From an uncultured Ectothiorhodospiraceae bacterium (GTDB taxonomy: Bacteria > Pseudomonadota > Gammaproteobacteria > Nitrococcales > Halorhodospiraceae): DNA of 55,711 nucleotides. This document shows positions 20,772-30,557 of this stretch, piece after piece (position 1 is the stretch's first letter; each line of letters starts with the position of its first letter). The notes below the pieces were generated by a model that was given only the letters and a program-made list of their open reading frames with translations, ran no database searches and was not told the origin of the DNA. The position numbers and the translations under genes are program-made. The stretch spans positions 1-55,711 of the forward strand of contig CAJXLI010000001.1 of NCBI GenBank assembly GCA_913055575.1. Direction: 5' to 3'.

Positions 20772-22363
20772 GCGTACCGGAGCCGCTCCTGCTGCTGCCC
20801 ATCCTCGCGCCCCTGGTTGCGGCGGCGCTGCTCGGCGGCCGCGCCCGGCGGCTGGGGGCGGGGCTGCTCGCCGTGGCGCCGCTCACCGGCCTCCTCGCCC
20901 TGGCACCGGGGGCGCAGGCGCTGGAGCTGCCGTGGCTGCTGCTCGGCACACGGCTGGCGCCGGACACCCTGGCCCGGGCCTTGCTGGCCCTCACCGCCCC
21001 GGTGGCGGCGGCCGCATGCCTCGCCGCCGCCGGGGGCTACGCCGGCCCCCGGCGGTCCGGCCTGCTGGCCGCCCTGGCAGCGACCGTGGCGGCGCTGATG
21101 GGGCTCCTCCTCGCCGCGGACCTGGCGACCCTGTACTTCGCCTACAGCGCCATGACCCTGGCCGCCTACCCGCTGGTGGTCCATGCCCGCACCCCGGAGG
21201 CCTTCCGCGCCGGGCGGATCTACCTGACGATGGCCCTGCTCGCCGAGGCAGCAGTCCTCGCCGCCGTGCTGCTCATCGCCGCCGAGGCCGGCAACGTCGC
21301 CCTGGCCGAGGCCCCCGCCGCCGTCGCCGGCCACGACCGGCGCGGCCTCCTGGTGGGGCTGATCCTCGTGGGCTTCGCAGTGAAGGCCGGCGTGGTGCCG
21401 CTGCACGCCTGGCTGGCGCTGGCCCACCCGGTAGCGCCGGTGCCGGCGAGCGCGCTGCTGTCGGCGCTACTGGTCAAGGCGGCGCTGGTGGGGTGGTGGC
21501 GGCTGCTGCCCCTGGGCGAGGCGGCCCTGCCAGGCCTGGGCGCCGCCCTGGTGGTGGCGGGCCTGCTGAGCAGCCTCTACGCGGGCCTCGTGGGCGTGAC
21601 CCAGCGCCGGCCCAAGACGGTGCTCGCCTACTCCACGGTGAGCCAGATGGGGCTGATGACCGTGCTCACCGGCCTGGCGCTGCTGCAGCCCGCTGCGGCG
21701 CCGGCGGCGGGCGCCGCGCTGGCGGTCTTCGCCGTCCACCACGGCCTGGCCAAGGGGGCGCTCTTCCTCGGCTGCGGGCTCCACGGGCGCCGCCGCGGCT
21801 GGTACCTGCTGCCGCCGGCATTGGCGCTGGCGGGGGCGCCCGGCACCAGCGGTGTCCTGGCCAAGGCCGGCCTCAAGGAGGTCAGCGCCAGCGTCGCGGA
21901 GGCAGCGCTAGGGCCGCTGCTCTTCATCCTCTCGGCGCTGACCACCCTGCTCCTGGCCCGTTTCCTCGCGCTCGCCTGGCGGGGCGACGGCGGCCTGGAC
22001 CCGTTGCCCCAGCGCCTGGCGGTGCTCGCCCTGGTGGCGCTGGGGCTCGTCCTGCCGTGGGGGGTTGGCCTGCGGCTGGCGCCGGCGGCGGTCGCCTACG
22101 CCCTCCAGCCGGGGGTGCTCGCGGACGCCCTGTTGCCGGTCATCGCCGGCGCTGCCGTGGCTGCGGGCGCGTTCGCCCTCCGTGGCCGGGTAGGCATGCC
22201 GCGGGTGCCGGAGGGGGACTGGATCAAGCCGGCGCTGCTCGCCGGCGTGCGCCTGGGCCGCGCCGCTCGCCGCGGCTGGCGGGCCGCCCGCCGTGCCTCC
22301 GGGCTCAGTGCGCCCAGGTCAGGGTCGCTACGCCGAAGCCCTGGGCCTCCTCCTGGCGCTTGA
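20768..22363 (+). CDS. Third MrpD/complex I subunit 5-family membrane protein
   Basis: ATG 20768 overlapping the previous stop; KAGVVPLHAWL, AHPVAPVPASALLS, LAYSTVSQMG, HHGLAKGALF. Confidence 0.8.
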   Translation: MSVPEPLLLLPILAPLVAAALLGGRARRLGAGLLAVAPLTGLLALAPGAQALELPWLLLGTRLAPDTLARALLALTAPVAAAACLAAAGGYAGPRRSGLLAALAATVAALMGLLLAADLATLYFAYSAMTLAAYPLVVHARTPEAFRAGRIYLTMALLAEAAVLAAVLLIAAEAGNVALAEAPAAVAGHDRRGLLVGLILVGFAVKAGVVPLHAWLALAHPVAPVPASALLSALLVKAALVGWWRLLPLGEAALPGLGAALVVAGLLSSLYAGLVGVTQRRPKTVLAYSTVSQMGLMTVLTGLALLQPAAAPAAGAALAVFAVHHGLAKGALFLGCGLHGRRRGWYLLPPALALAGAPGTSGVLAKAGLKEVSASVAEAALGPLLFILSALTTLLLARFLALAWRGDGGLDPLPQRLAVLALVALGLVLPWGVGLRLAPAAVAYALQPGVLADALLPVIAGAAVAAGAFALRGRVGMPRVPEGDWIKPALLAGVRLGRAARRGWRAARRASGLSAPRSGSLRRSPGPPPGA

Positions 22364-23426
22364 AGGCCTTGCTGCGCCGGATCCAGGTCACCGATAGGCG
22401 CAGGCGGTGGCGGTAGGCCACGAGCCCGGCGTAGGCCTCCGTCACGGCCGGCTCCCGCTCCACGGAGGGGGAGTCGCGGAAGACCGTGCCGTCGAGGAAG
22501 AGGTTGTGCGCCACCAGCCGGGCGTTGGCGCCGAGGGTCGCGTACCAGCCGGCGCCGGCGGCGCTGTCGAAGGACAGCGAGCCGGTAGACACGCCACTGA
22601 GCCGCGGCGGGCCGTGGTCGCGGGGCAGGCGCTGGCCGATGGAGGCGGACAGCCCGGCGCCCGCCTGGGTGAGCGCCGTGCCCAGCGAGGCGCCGGTGGC
22701 GGTGTCGAGCCGGTAGCGCAGGGGGCCGGCGAGCGGCCCCGCCTGGACGGTCCATTGCCGGTCGTAGGCCACCTGGAAGGTGGGCTCCGACGGCAGCTGG
22801 CTATCCCAGCCCACCGGCTCATCCGAGCCGAAGAGGTCGTGGCTCACCTGCTGGATCTGCTCCGCCAGCGCGGGCTCACCGGTCACGCCGAGCCCCAGCC
22901 GCAGGCGGCCGAGGCTGTCCGGCGTACGCTCGGCGATGCCCAGGGTCACGTTCAGCCAGCCGGCGTAGGGCCGGTCGGCCGGCGGCATCTCCGGGTCCGT
23001 GATGTTCGCCGGGGTGAAGGCCCGCTGCGCCACCGACAGCCCCCACAGCGCGTCCGCGCCCACGTCCAGGCCCGCGCCGTGCCGGCCGAGCTGCTGCAGC
23101 CAGCGCGGCGGCGGGTGGGCCTCGGTGGCGTAGGCGAGCTGGAGCCCGCCCGTGTACCAGCGGTCTAGCCCCTGGCCGGTGAGCCCGTCGTTCTCCACGA
23201 CCAGGGCCGTGAAGCTGTCCCCGTCAGGGGCGGCCGAGTCCGCCTCCGCCGCCTCGGCCCCTGCGGCCAGGGCCGCGCTGCCTAGCAATGCCACCACCAG
23301 CAGCAGTGCGCGGGCGAGCCACCGTGGGCCCGGCAGCCGGCCGGTACGGTTCGGCGTGGCTCGGGCGCGGCTCGGGGATCGGGTCGGTGCTGGCAAGATC
23401 CTGTTCCTTTTGGTGTCGATGTCCAT
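22305..23426 (-). CDS. lpxR: Lipid A 3'-O-deacylase LpxR family outer-membrane protein (start may lie further downstream)
   Basis: ENDG...DRWYTGG, FTP, DRPYAGWL, GWDSQL, NLFLDG; signal-peptide-like stretch; follows msbA. Confidence 0.8.
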   Translation of the reverse strand: MDIDTKRNRILPAPTRSPSRARATPNRTGRLPGPRWLARALLLVVALLGSAALAAGAEAAEADSAAPDGDSFTALVVENDGLTGQGLDRWYTGGLQLAYATEAHPPPRWLQQLGRHGAGLDVGADALWGLSVAQRAFTPANITDPEMPPADRPYAGWLNVTLGIAERTPDSLGRLRLGLGVTGEPALAEQIQQVSHDLFGSDEPVGWDSQLPSEPTFQVAYDRQWTVQAGPLAGPLRYRLDTATGASLGTALTQAGAGLSASIGQRLPRDHGPPRLSGVSTGSLSFDSAAGAGWYATLGANARLVAHNLFLDGTVFRDSPSVEREPAVTEAYAGLVAYRHRLRLSVTWIRRSKAFKRQEEAQGFGVATLTWAH

Positions 23427-23444
23427 GGCTATAGCGTTCGGCGG

Positions 23445-25274
23445 CTACCCGGACCGTCCGCCCTGCGGGGCGAGCTGCATTCGGTACAGGCCCGCGTAGC
23501 GCCCGTTGCGGGCCAGGAGCTCGGCGTGGGTGCCCCGCTCGACGATCCGCCCGTCCTCGAGGAAGAGGATCTGACCGGCGCCCTCGACCGTGGAGAGCCG
23601 GTGGGCGATGACGAAGGCCGTCCGCCCTGCCATCAGCCGCTCGAAGGCGGCGTGGATGTAGCGCTCCGACTCGGTATCCAGCGAGGCCGTCGCCTCGTCG
23701 AGGATGAGCACGGGCGCGTCCTTGATCACGGCCCGGGCGATGGCGATGCGCTGGCGCTGCCCCCCGGAGAGGAGGGCGCCGTCCTCGCCGATCTCCGTAT
23801 CGAGGCCGTGGGGCAGCTGCTCGATGAAGCCGCGGGCGTAGGCCACCTCCGCCGCCCGCTCGATTGCCGCCCGGGAGGCCCCCTCCGGGGCGCCGTAGGC
23901 GATGTTCTCCGCCACCGTGGTGTTGAACAGCGTGGTGTCCTGGCTCACCGGCGCGAACTGCCGGCGCAGGTCCGCGAGCCGGTACTCGGTGATGGGCACG
24001 CCGTCGAGCCGGATCTGCCCGGCGGTGGCCTCGTAGAAGCGCGGCAGGAGGTGGACCAGGGTGCTCTTGCCGCTCCCGGAGGGGCCGGTGAGGGCGACGG
24101 TCTCGCCGGCGGCCACCTCGAGGTCGATACCGTGCAGGACCTCGCGCTCGCCGTCGTAGCTGAAACGCACCCCGTCGAGGGCGATGTGCCCCTGCGCCCG
24201 CGCCAGGGTGCGCATGCCGTCGTCGCGCTCGGCCGGCATGTCGATGATCTCGAAGATGCGCCGGGCCGCGGTCAGCCCCTTCTGCAGGTCGGCATTGACC
24301 TTGACCAGCCCCTTGAGGGGGCGGTTGAGCAGCAGCATGGCGCCGATGAAGGAGCTGATGGTGCCCACGGTGAGGGCCTCGACGACGGCGTCCAGCGTGA
24401 CGAGATTGAGGGTGATCGCCAGGGCGATGCCCACCGTCAGCCGGATCAGCGGCACGCTGGCGAAGCGGGTCGCGGCGAACTTCATGCTCTGCCGGCGGCT
24501 CCGCTCGTTCAGCCGCTCGAAGCGCCGCCGCTCGTGGTCGGCCTGGCCGAAGAGCTTGATCTCCGGGTGGGCGTGCACCGTCTCCTCGGCCACCGTGCCC
24601 ACGCTGCCGACGGCGTGGTGGACGCGGCGGCTGAGCTGCCGGAAGCGGTGGTTGATGGTGGCCACGAGCCCGGCGATGACCGGCAGCACCAGGCCGGTGA
24701 TGAGCATCAGCCTCGGCGAGAGGTAGACCATATACCCGAGGACCAGCACCGCTGTCACGCCGTCGCGGATGATGGTGATGGCTGCCTTGGTGCTGGCGTT
24801 GGCGGTCTGCTCCGCCTCGTAGGTCAGCCGCGAGATCGTCTGCCCGGTGGAGAGGTGGTCGAAGGCGGCCTGGGGCAGGGCGAGCAGGCGGTCGTGGGCG
24901 GTCAGGCGCAGCCGCTTGATCATCTCCCGGCCTACCAGCCCCGTCAGGTACTGCGAGATGAAGAAGGTGATCCCCTGCAGGATCAGGATCCCGACCAGCA
25001 ACGCGGCGTAGAAGCGGATGACCGCCGCGTCCTGCGCCACGAGGCCGTCGTCGAGCAGCGGGCGGATGAGCGCCACGAAGGCCGCCTCGCTGGCGGCGTA
25101 GGCGAGCATGGTGGCGGTGGCGACCAGGGCCACCCGCCACTGCGGGACGACGTAGTCCAGCAGCAGCCGCCGGAAGACGGGCCACGAGGGCCCCTGGTCC
25201 GTGGCGGTGTCCGCCCCGTCGGCGCTGCTCGCTGACGCCGTGGCAGGATGCGCGGGGGTATTGCCGCTGCTCAA
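23445..25274 (-). CDS. msbA: Lipid A export ABC transporter MsbA
   Basis: TM domain plus GPSGSGKST, LSGGQRQR, ILDEATASLD, IAHRLST; TTG 25274 chosen because of a GGGAGG SD and a TATCAT -10 at 25317-25312. Confidence 0.85.
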   Translation of the reverse strand: MSSGNTPAHPATASASSADGADTATDQGPSWPVFRRLLLDYVVPQWRVALVATATMLAYAASEAAFVALIRPLLDDGLVAQDAAVIRFYAALLVGILILQGITFFISQYLTGLVGREMIKRLRLTAHDRLLALPQAAFDHLSTGQTISRLTYEAEQTANASTKAAITIIRDGVTAVLVLGYMVYLSPRLMLITGLVLPVIAGLVATINHRFRQLSRRVHHAVGSVGTVAEETVHAHPEIKLFGQADHERRRFERLNERSRRQSMKFAATRFASVPLIRLTVGIALAITLNLVTLDAVVEALTVGTISSFIGAMLLLNRPLKGLVKVNADLQKGLTAARRIFEIIDMPAERDDGMRTLARAQGHIALDGVRFSYDGEREVLHGIDLEVAAGETVALTGPSGSGKSTLVHLLPRFYEATAGQIRLDGVPITEYRLADLRRQFAPVSQDTTLFNTTVAENIAYGAPEGASRAAIERAAEVAYARGFIEQLPHGLDTEIGEDGALLSGGQRQRIAIARAVIKDAPVLILDEATASLDTESERYIHAAFERLMAGRTAFVIAHRLSTVEGAGQILFLEDGRIVERGTHAELLARNGRYAGLYRMQLAPQGGRSG

Positions 25275-25362
25275 GGATCGCCTCCCGGTGCCGACGACGG
25301 GGAAGCGCCCCATGATACGGCAAACACCGCTGTCTCGGTCGGCGCCATCGGGGGCGCGGGTG

Positions 25363-26328
25363 TCAGCCGCTGTCCGGCGGGTAGTAGCCCAGGCCCGCCA
25401 GGCTCAGGCCGGTGGCCTGCTCGAGGCGGCCGTTGGCAGCGGCGTAGTGCCCCTGGATCGCCCCGCGCAGGCCCTCCGGCATCGTCAGCCGCTCGGCGCG
25501 CGTCTGCGGCTGCGGCCGGGCGACCGGGACCCCGAGCCGGCGCAGGGCCTTGCGCCCGGCCCGGTGCCACGGGGTGCCGCCCTTGTCCTTGAGGCGCCAC
25601 TCGGCCGGGGCCGTGCGGCTGACCTTGGCCCGCTGGCTCCCCTTGTCCAGGGCCACCCCCGGGCCCAGGGCCTCCAGGCCCGTGAACGCAGCGACCCGCG
25701 ACCACGTCTCCGGCGCCTCGATGCGCTCGTAGAGCAGCGGCAGCACCTGCGCCGGTCCCAGGGCCTCGCTGAGCCGGTGGTACCAGTGGTCGTAATCGAT
25801 GGCCTGCCCGCCGTACAATAGCGGCTCGCGGAGCAGGGCGTGGACCCGCCGCTCGAAATCGGCCTGGCCGGAGCCGCGAAGCTTGTCGTTGAACTGCGCA
25901 TACATCGAGGCCAGCCAATCCGGCTGGTTGCGGATGAAGAGCAGGCACCCCACGCGGCCGCGCTGCCCCCACGCCTGCCGGGCGAAGGCGCCCAGGTGAG
26001 CGGCGAGCAGGTGCACCGGATCCCGCACCCCGAGCCGGCCGGGCCGTTGCTGGAAGATCTTGCCGTGGTAGAGGCTCTCGTGGGAGTAGAGCACCGGCCC
26101 CGCGGCGGGCGCGAGCTCGGCGATCCGCCTCGCCGCCCGCTGGCCGCGCCGTGTCCGCCAGACCGTCGGCGAGCGCCGGCGGAAGAGGTGCACCATCTCC
26201 GCCTTGAGCGCCTTGGCCGCCGCCGGCTGCGGGCCGGTGCCGAGCGCGCCGACGGCCGGGAAGACCTCCCACTGCAGGTAGGAGCTGGCGGTCTTGTAGA
26301 GGCCGATGTGGAAGAACAGGTCAGGCAT
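25363..26328 (-). CDS. Sulfotransferase-fold (P-loop-like) protein
   Basis: FHIGLYKTASSYLQ (5'-PSB-like), SHESL, IRNQPDWLASMY (3'-PB-like), LLYE. Confidence 0.6.
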   Translation of the reverse strand: MPDLFFHIGLYKTASSYLQWEVFPAVGALGTGPQPAAAKALKAEMVHLFRRRSPTVWRTRRGQRAARRIAELAPAAGPVLYSHESLYHGKIFQQRPGRLGVRDPVHLLAAHLGAFARQAWGQRGRVGCLLFIRNQPDWLASMYAQFNDKLRGSGQADFERRVHALLREPLLYGGQAIDYDHWYHRLSEALGPAQVLPLLYERIEAPETWSRVAAFTGLEALGPGVALDKGSQRAKVSRTAPAEWRLKDKGGTPWHRAGRKALRRLGVPVARPQPQTRAERLTMPEGLRGAIQGHYAAANGRLEQATGLSLAGLGYYPPDSG

Positions 26329-26420
26329 CTTGCGGGGCGAGCGAGGGTGTCCGTGCGTTTCTGTAGGTGTAAGTCCGCGTGTGGCATGGTATTGAAAACC
26401 CCGGAGAATCGATAGGGATT

Positions 26421-27746
26421 ATGCACGCACCCGATACGCAGCGAGGCGCGCCGCCGGGGCGGACCTCGGCCGCGGCGTGGCTACGGGCGGGCTGGCAGGG
26501 CATCTCGGCAGCCGCCGACACGCGGGCGGGCCGCTGGAACGACCTCCTCCTGGCCTGGCTGGGGCTCGTCTTCCTGGCCACCCTGGCCACGATGCTGCTC
26601 GTCGGCGACGAGACGCGCCACTACCGCATCTATTACCTGCTGGGCGCCGCGCCGCTGCTCCTGCTCGTCTTGCCCCGGCTTGCCTACTGGCGTGAGCTCC
26701 TGCGCTCCCCGCCCTTTGTCGCCTGGGGCCTGCTGGTGCTCTACCTCACGCTGCACGGGATCCTCGTGGGCGGGGTGGGCTGGGAGGCGCGCTACGACAC
26801 CCTGCGCTACGGCCTCCTGGCGCTGTCCTTCGTGTTCGGTGTTGTCGTCGTCTCCCGGCGCTACCCGGGTTTCCCGGGGTTGCTCGTGGGCGGCGTCGTG
26901 CTGGCAGGCGGCCTGAGCGGCGGGCTCTACGCGCTGGAGCACCTCCTGGCGTGGGGCGGGTCAGGGCGTCTGCCTGCGCTGGGCTTCTGGGACGGGGGCG
27001 GATATCTCGATAATCCCAACCGCCTCGCCGCCGTCTACGCCCCCCTCGCGCTGATGGGGCTGGCCCTGGCCATTCGCGGCAGTCGTAGCCGGCTCCAGAC
27101 GGCGCTCTGGCTCGGGCTCGCCCTGGGGAGCCTGGCGGCGGTGCTCCTGACCCAGTCGCGCGGCGCCCTGCTGGGGACGGTGGTCGCTGCGGGCTTCTTC
27201 CTGGCCATGGAGCGCTACTGGAAGACCCTCGCGATCCCGCTGGGGGGGATGCTGCTGTTCGTAGGGGCGGTCGAGGTGGACTTGCTGCCGATTCGGGATT
27301 TTACGGATCGAATCAATTCAGTCGAGAAACGCTTCGGGATCTGGCAGAGCACGCTGGCGCGCATCGGGCAGGCCCCGGTATGGGGTGAGGGCTGGGCCAC
27401 CAGCCATTCCGTCTACGTGGAGGCCTACGGGCGCTCCTGGATCCACCCACACAATACCCTGCTGACGGTTGCCCTCCAGGCGGGCCTGGTCGGGGCGCTC
27501 CTGTTCCTGGCGGTCGTCGGCAGGTGGCTGTGGGATGGCTACCGCCTCTGGGGGGCGCACTATAGCGCCGCTGCCGGCCTGACGGTGCTGGTCTACTGGC
27601 TCGTGCATTCCCTTGTGGAGAACCGCTTTGGCCTGGGCGGGGTTAACCGGGAGTGGATCTATCTCCTCCTCCCCGTGGCGCTGCTCGCCGAGGCCGCGCT
27701 CCGGAGTGGATCGACCCCTGCAGCCCGAGGGGAAGGAGCGCCATGA
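26421..27746 (+). CDS. O-antigen ligase (WaaL/Wzy_C) family membrane protein
   Basis: About 12 TM helices, NPN, LTQSRGA, RFGIW, PVWGEG, HPHN. Confidence 0.82.
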   Translation: MHAPDTQRGAPPGRTSAAAWLRAGWQGISAAADTRAGRWNDLLLAWLGLVFLATLATMLLVGDETRHYRIYYLLGAAPLLLLVLPRLAYWRELLRSPPFVAWGLLVLYLTLHGILVGGVGWEARYDTLRYGLLALSFVFGVVVVSRRYPGFPGLLVGGVVLAGGLSGGLYALEHLLAWGGSGRLPALGFWDGGGYLDNPNRLAAVYAPLALMGLALAIRGSRSRLQTALWLGLALGSLAAVLLTQSRGALLGTVVAAGFFLAMERYWKTLAIPLGGMLLFVGAVEVDLLPIRDFTDRINSVEKRFGIWQSTLARIGQAPVWGEGWATSHSVYVEAYGRSWIHPHNTLLTVALQAGLVGALLFLAVVGRWLWDGYRLWGAHYSAAAGLTVLVYWLVHSLVENRFGLGGVNREWIYLLLPVALLAEAALRSGSTPAARGEGAP

Positions 27747-28981
27747 CCGGCAGAGTGCTCCACGTCGTGAATTGGGGGAAAGGCTTCAGTGGTGCGCAGC
27801 GTCGTGCTCGGTATACATTGAGCCACCCGCAGTTCGCGCCGGCTTTCCGGCACGCCCTGCTCTCCCTCAAGATGCCCGCCCGTGAGGCTCGAGACAGCCT
27901 GGCTGGCAGCATCGAGGCGTGCCTCGACGGTCGCTACCTGGGCGGGATCGAGCTGCCTGCCTCGCCGCGCTGCCTCCGCCGCTGGCGGGCGAGGCGGGCC
28001 CTGCAGCGCGCCGCCCCGGATGTCGTGCTGACCTGGTCCTGGAGGAGTGGCCAGAGGCTCATGGCCCCGTCATCGAGGGGCCTGGGCGCCCCGGGCATCC
28101 TCATGGAGCCCGGGGATATGCTGTACGCCCGGACTTTTAAGCATCCAGCCGCCTATCGCCGCGTACTCGCCGGCCACGGCCACGTGATCTGCAACTCCCG
28201 CGCTGCCATGCGCGTGCTCAACCTCGCCTGGGAGCGGGCGCACGGCGTCGAGGTTATCCCCAACCCCGTCGATCCCCATCTGGATTACGGCAGGCCGCGG
28301 CAGCTACCGGCCGATCGGGCGCTGACCCTGGGTGTTGCCGGGCGGATGGTAGATATCAAGGGGGTGCCGCTCGCCATGCACGCCCTCAAGGCGCTACGCG
28401 AGGGCGGGATCCGTGCCCGTCTCGAGATCGCCGGCGGAGGCCCCAGGGAGGCCGACTACCGCGCCCTGGCCGAGCGGCTCGGGGTCGGTCACGCCTGCCG
28501 CTTCCAAGGGCCGGTTGCGGATATGGCCGCCTTCTACGACAGCATCGATATCCTCCTCGTCCCTTCCCTGTGCGAGTCCTTTGGCCTCGTCAGCGTGGAG
28601 GCCGCCAAGCGCGGCTGCCCGGTGGTGGCAGCGTGTACGGGGGGGCTGCCGGAGACGATCCAGGAAGGCAAGACCGGGTACACCGTGCCGCTGCGCATGC
28701 CCGTCGATGCGTATCCGGACTGGGGGGGGGACCTGGAGCATATCCCGCCCTGGGTCTACCTCCCCGAGGCGGATGCGCTGGATACCCCGCGCGCGGCCTT
28801 CCCGGGCGACCTGGCCGACGCCGTGGCCCGTATCGCTACGGACCCTGAGCAATACGCCAGCCTGAGCCGGCATAGCATCGCGCACGCCGCCGAGCACTTC
28901 TCCATGGATCGGTTCCTGGATCGGATCAACCGCCTGCTGGCGCGCGTAGCCGGGCGTGGCGGTCCTTCAGGCCACCCCTAG
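27743..28981 (+). CDS. GT4 glycosyltransferase
   Basis: ATGA overlap with the ligase; GRMVDIKG, ESFGLVSVEA, GGLPETI. Confidence 0.85.
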   Translation: MTGRVLHVVNWGKGFSGAQRRARYTLSHPQFAPAFRHALLSLKMPAREARDSLAGSIEACLDGRYLGGIELPASPRCLRRWRARRALQRAAPDVVLTWSWRSGQRLMAPSSRGLGAPGILMEPGDMLYARTFKHPAAYRRVLAGHGHVICNSRAAMRVLNLAWERAHGVEVIPNPVDPHLDYGRPRQLPADRALTLGVAGRMVDIKGVPLAMHALKALREGGIRARLEIAGGGPREADYRALAERLGVGHACRFQGPVADMAAFYDSIDILLVPSLCESFGLVSVEAAKRGCPVVAACTGGLPETIQEGKTGYTVPLRMPVDAYPDWGGDLEHIPPWVYLPEADALDTPRAAFPGDLADAVARIATDPEQYASLSRHSIAHAAEHFSMDRFLDRINRLLARVAGRGGPSGHP

Positions 28982-28997
28982 CCGCGCCTGCGCGTGT

Positions 28998-29702
28998 CTA
29001 CGGGAGGCTGGGGTAGAGGTTCTCCAGGTCCTCCTGGTACAGCTCCTCGACCAGGCGCCGGGTCCGCCGGCTATAGGCACGGTCGGGTGAGCTGCGGGCG
29101 GTCTTGCCGCGGTTCTTGTGGGGGAGTTCATACGCGGGCAGCTCGATCCGCCTCGCGATGCGCGAGAAATCCTCGGGCAGGCGCTCCAGGTACGCGATAT
29201 CGTCCAGCAGCAGGGTCCCGTCCGTGTCGGTCATATCCGGCCACATCGGGGCCGTGTGGGTCGCGATGTGCCGGTTGCGCCGCTCGGCCCAGATCTCCGG
29301 CAGGCTGCGCAGGAAGTACTCGAAGCTGAAGTAGGTCAGGGCCCGTCGCCAGAGGCGGGTGTGCCGGCTGTAGAGGTAGCGCCAGCAGGAGAGGGCGCGG
29401 TCGTAGGGGTTGCGGACGACGGCGAACTTGAACGTGCCCTGGAAATCCGCCTCGCTGTCGAAGAGGAAGCGCCTGGCGAAGAGCATACGCCGGAAGTCGT
29501 AATCGCCTAGCGGTATGCGGAAGTTGTTGAGGTTGTCGTTCCACTCCTCCCGCGGCAAGGCGATGAAGGGCGTCGGATGGGAGCGATCCGTCTCCCGGTA
29601 GGTCGCTCCGAGGGCCGTCCGGACGCTCTGGCCTGCGGACTTCTTGATGTGGAGCCAGAAGTAGGGGCGAGGCGCGGCGTGGCTCAAGGCTGGGTCGCTC
29701 AT
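28998..29702 (-). CDS. Sulfotransferase family 2 protein
   Basis: WLHIKKSAGQS, FAVVRNPYDRALSCW, LERLPEDF, LPHKN, LYQEDLE. Confidence 0.8.
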   Translation of the reverse strand: MSDPALSHAAPRPYFWLHIKKSAGQSVRTALGATYRETDRSHPTPFIALPREEWNDNLNNFRIPLGDYDFRRMLFARRFLFDSEADFQGTFKFAVVRNPYDRALSCWRYLYSRHTRLWRRALTYFSFEYFLRSLPEIWAERRNRHIATHTAPMWPDMTDTDGTLLLDDIAYLERLPEDFSRIARRIELPAYELPHKNRGKTARSSPDRAYSRRTRRLVEELYQEDLENLYPSLP

Positions 29703-29753
29703 GACGGCGCAACGTGTACGGGTCGTGCGGCAGGCAGTGTATACTACGCGGCC

Positions 29754-30557
29754 ATGAAGCCGAAGCCCCACCTCTACACGGGCTGGCAGGCCCGGCTCGA
29801 CGCGCTCGGTCGCCGCGTATCCGGCTGGCGCAAGCGCCGCCGCCCCTTCTATCGCCGCTACGCCCTGGACTGGGATGACGCCTTCCTGCCGGAGCTGGAT
29901 CGGCGTATCGCGGTGGCCGCGGCGAGCCGCGTCGTCTGGATCCGGGTGCCCAAGGCCGCCAACTCGACCGTGGCGTGGACCCTCTGGTGCGCGCTGAATC
30001 CGGGTGCGTCCCCGCCCTCCGGGCGAGATGACGTCAAGCGCTGGTTCGGCCGCCCCAGCGATCTGAGCGAGCAGGGCGTCCAGGGGCTGGACGATTGCTA
30101 CAAGTTCATGGTGGTTCGCAACCCGTTCACCCGGGTCCTGGCGGCCTACCTGGAGAAGGCCGGGCACCGGAAGTACGGCTACAAGATCCGCCAGCGGCCC
30201 GTCACGCCGGGCCGGCCCCCGGTCGACTTCCCGGGCTTCTGTGACTACCTGGCCGCCGGCGGCGTCCACGACGACCCGCACTGGTGCGTACAGGCGTCGC
30301 TGAGCCCCTTCCCCATCGAGGCGCTGGACACCGTGGCCTACGTCGAGTCGCTGGAGGCGGACCTGGGGCGCGTCGTGGCAGCGCTGGACCCGGCGCGTAC
30401 CAACCCCCTCGAGCTCGTGCCGGCGCAGGGGCACGCCACCGCTGCCTCGACCAAGGTGGCGGCCTACTACGGCGAGCGCGAGCGCCGGCTCGTCGCCGAG
30501 CTCTACGCCGAGGACTTTGCGCGCTTCGGCTACGACCCCGAGCGGCTGCCGGCATGA
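29754..30557 (+). CDS. Sulfotransferase family 2 protein
   Basis: IRVPKAANST, VVRNPFTRVLAAY, DPHWCVQ, YAEDFARFGY. Confidence 0.85.
   Translation: MKPKPHLYTGWQARLDALGRRVSGWRKRRRPFYRRYALDWDDAFLPELDRRIAVAAASRVVWIRVPKAANSTVAWTLWCALNPGASPPSGRDDVKRWFGRPSDLSEQGVQGLDDCYKFMVVRNPFTRVLAAYLEKAGHRKYGYKIRQRPVTPGRPPVDFPGFCDYLAAGGVHDDPHWCVQASLSPFPIEALDTVAYVESLEADLGRVVAALDPARTNPLELVPAQGHATAASTKVAAYYGERERRLVAELYAEDFARFGYDPERLPA

Noticed and set aside
19103-22363. 1086-aa ORF and similar N-terminally extended ORFs (18573, 32435-34723, 10648-12357, 28998-30434)
   Set aside because: Only the C-terminal part is recognisable protein. The true starts are at internal ATG/GTG codons, usually overlapping the previous stop.
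15458-22363. Energy-converting hydrogenase or complex I membrane arm
   Set aside because: No catalytic, Fe-S or NuoH-like subunits are adjacent, and the E/F/G subunits point to Mrp.
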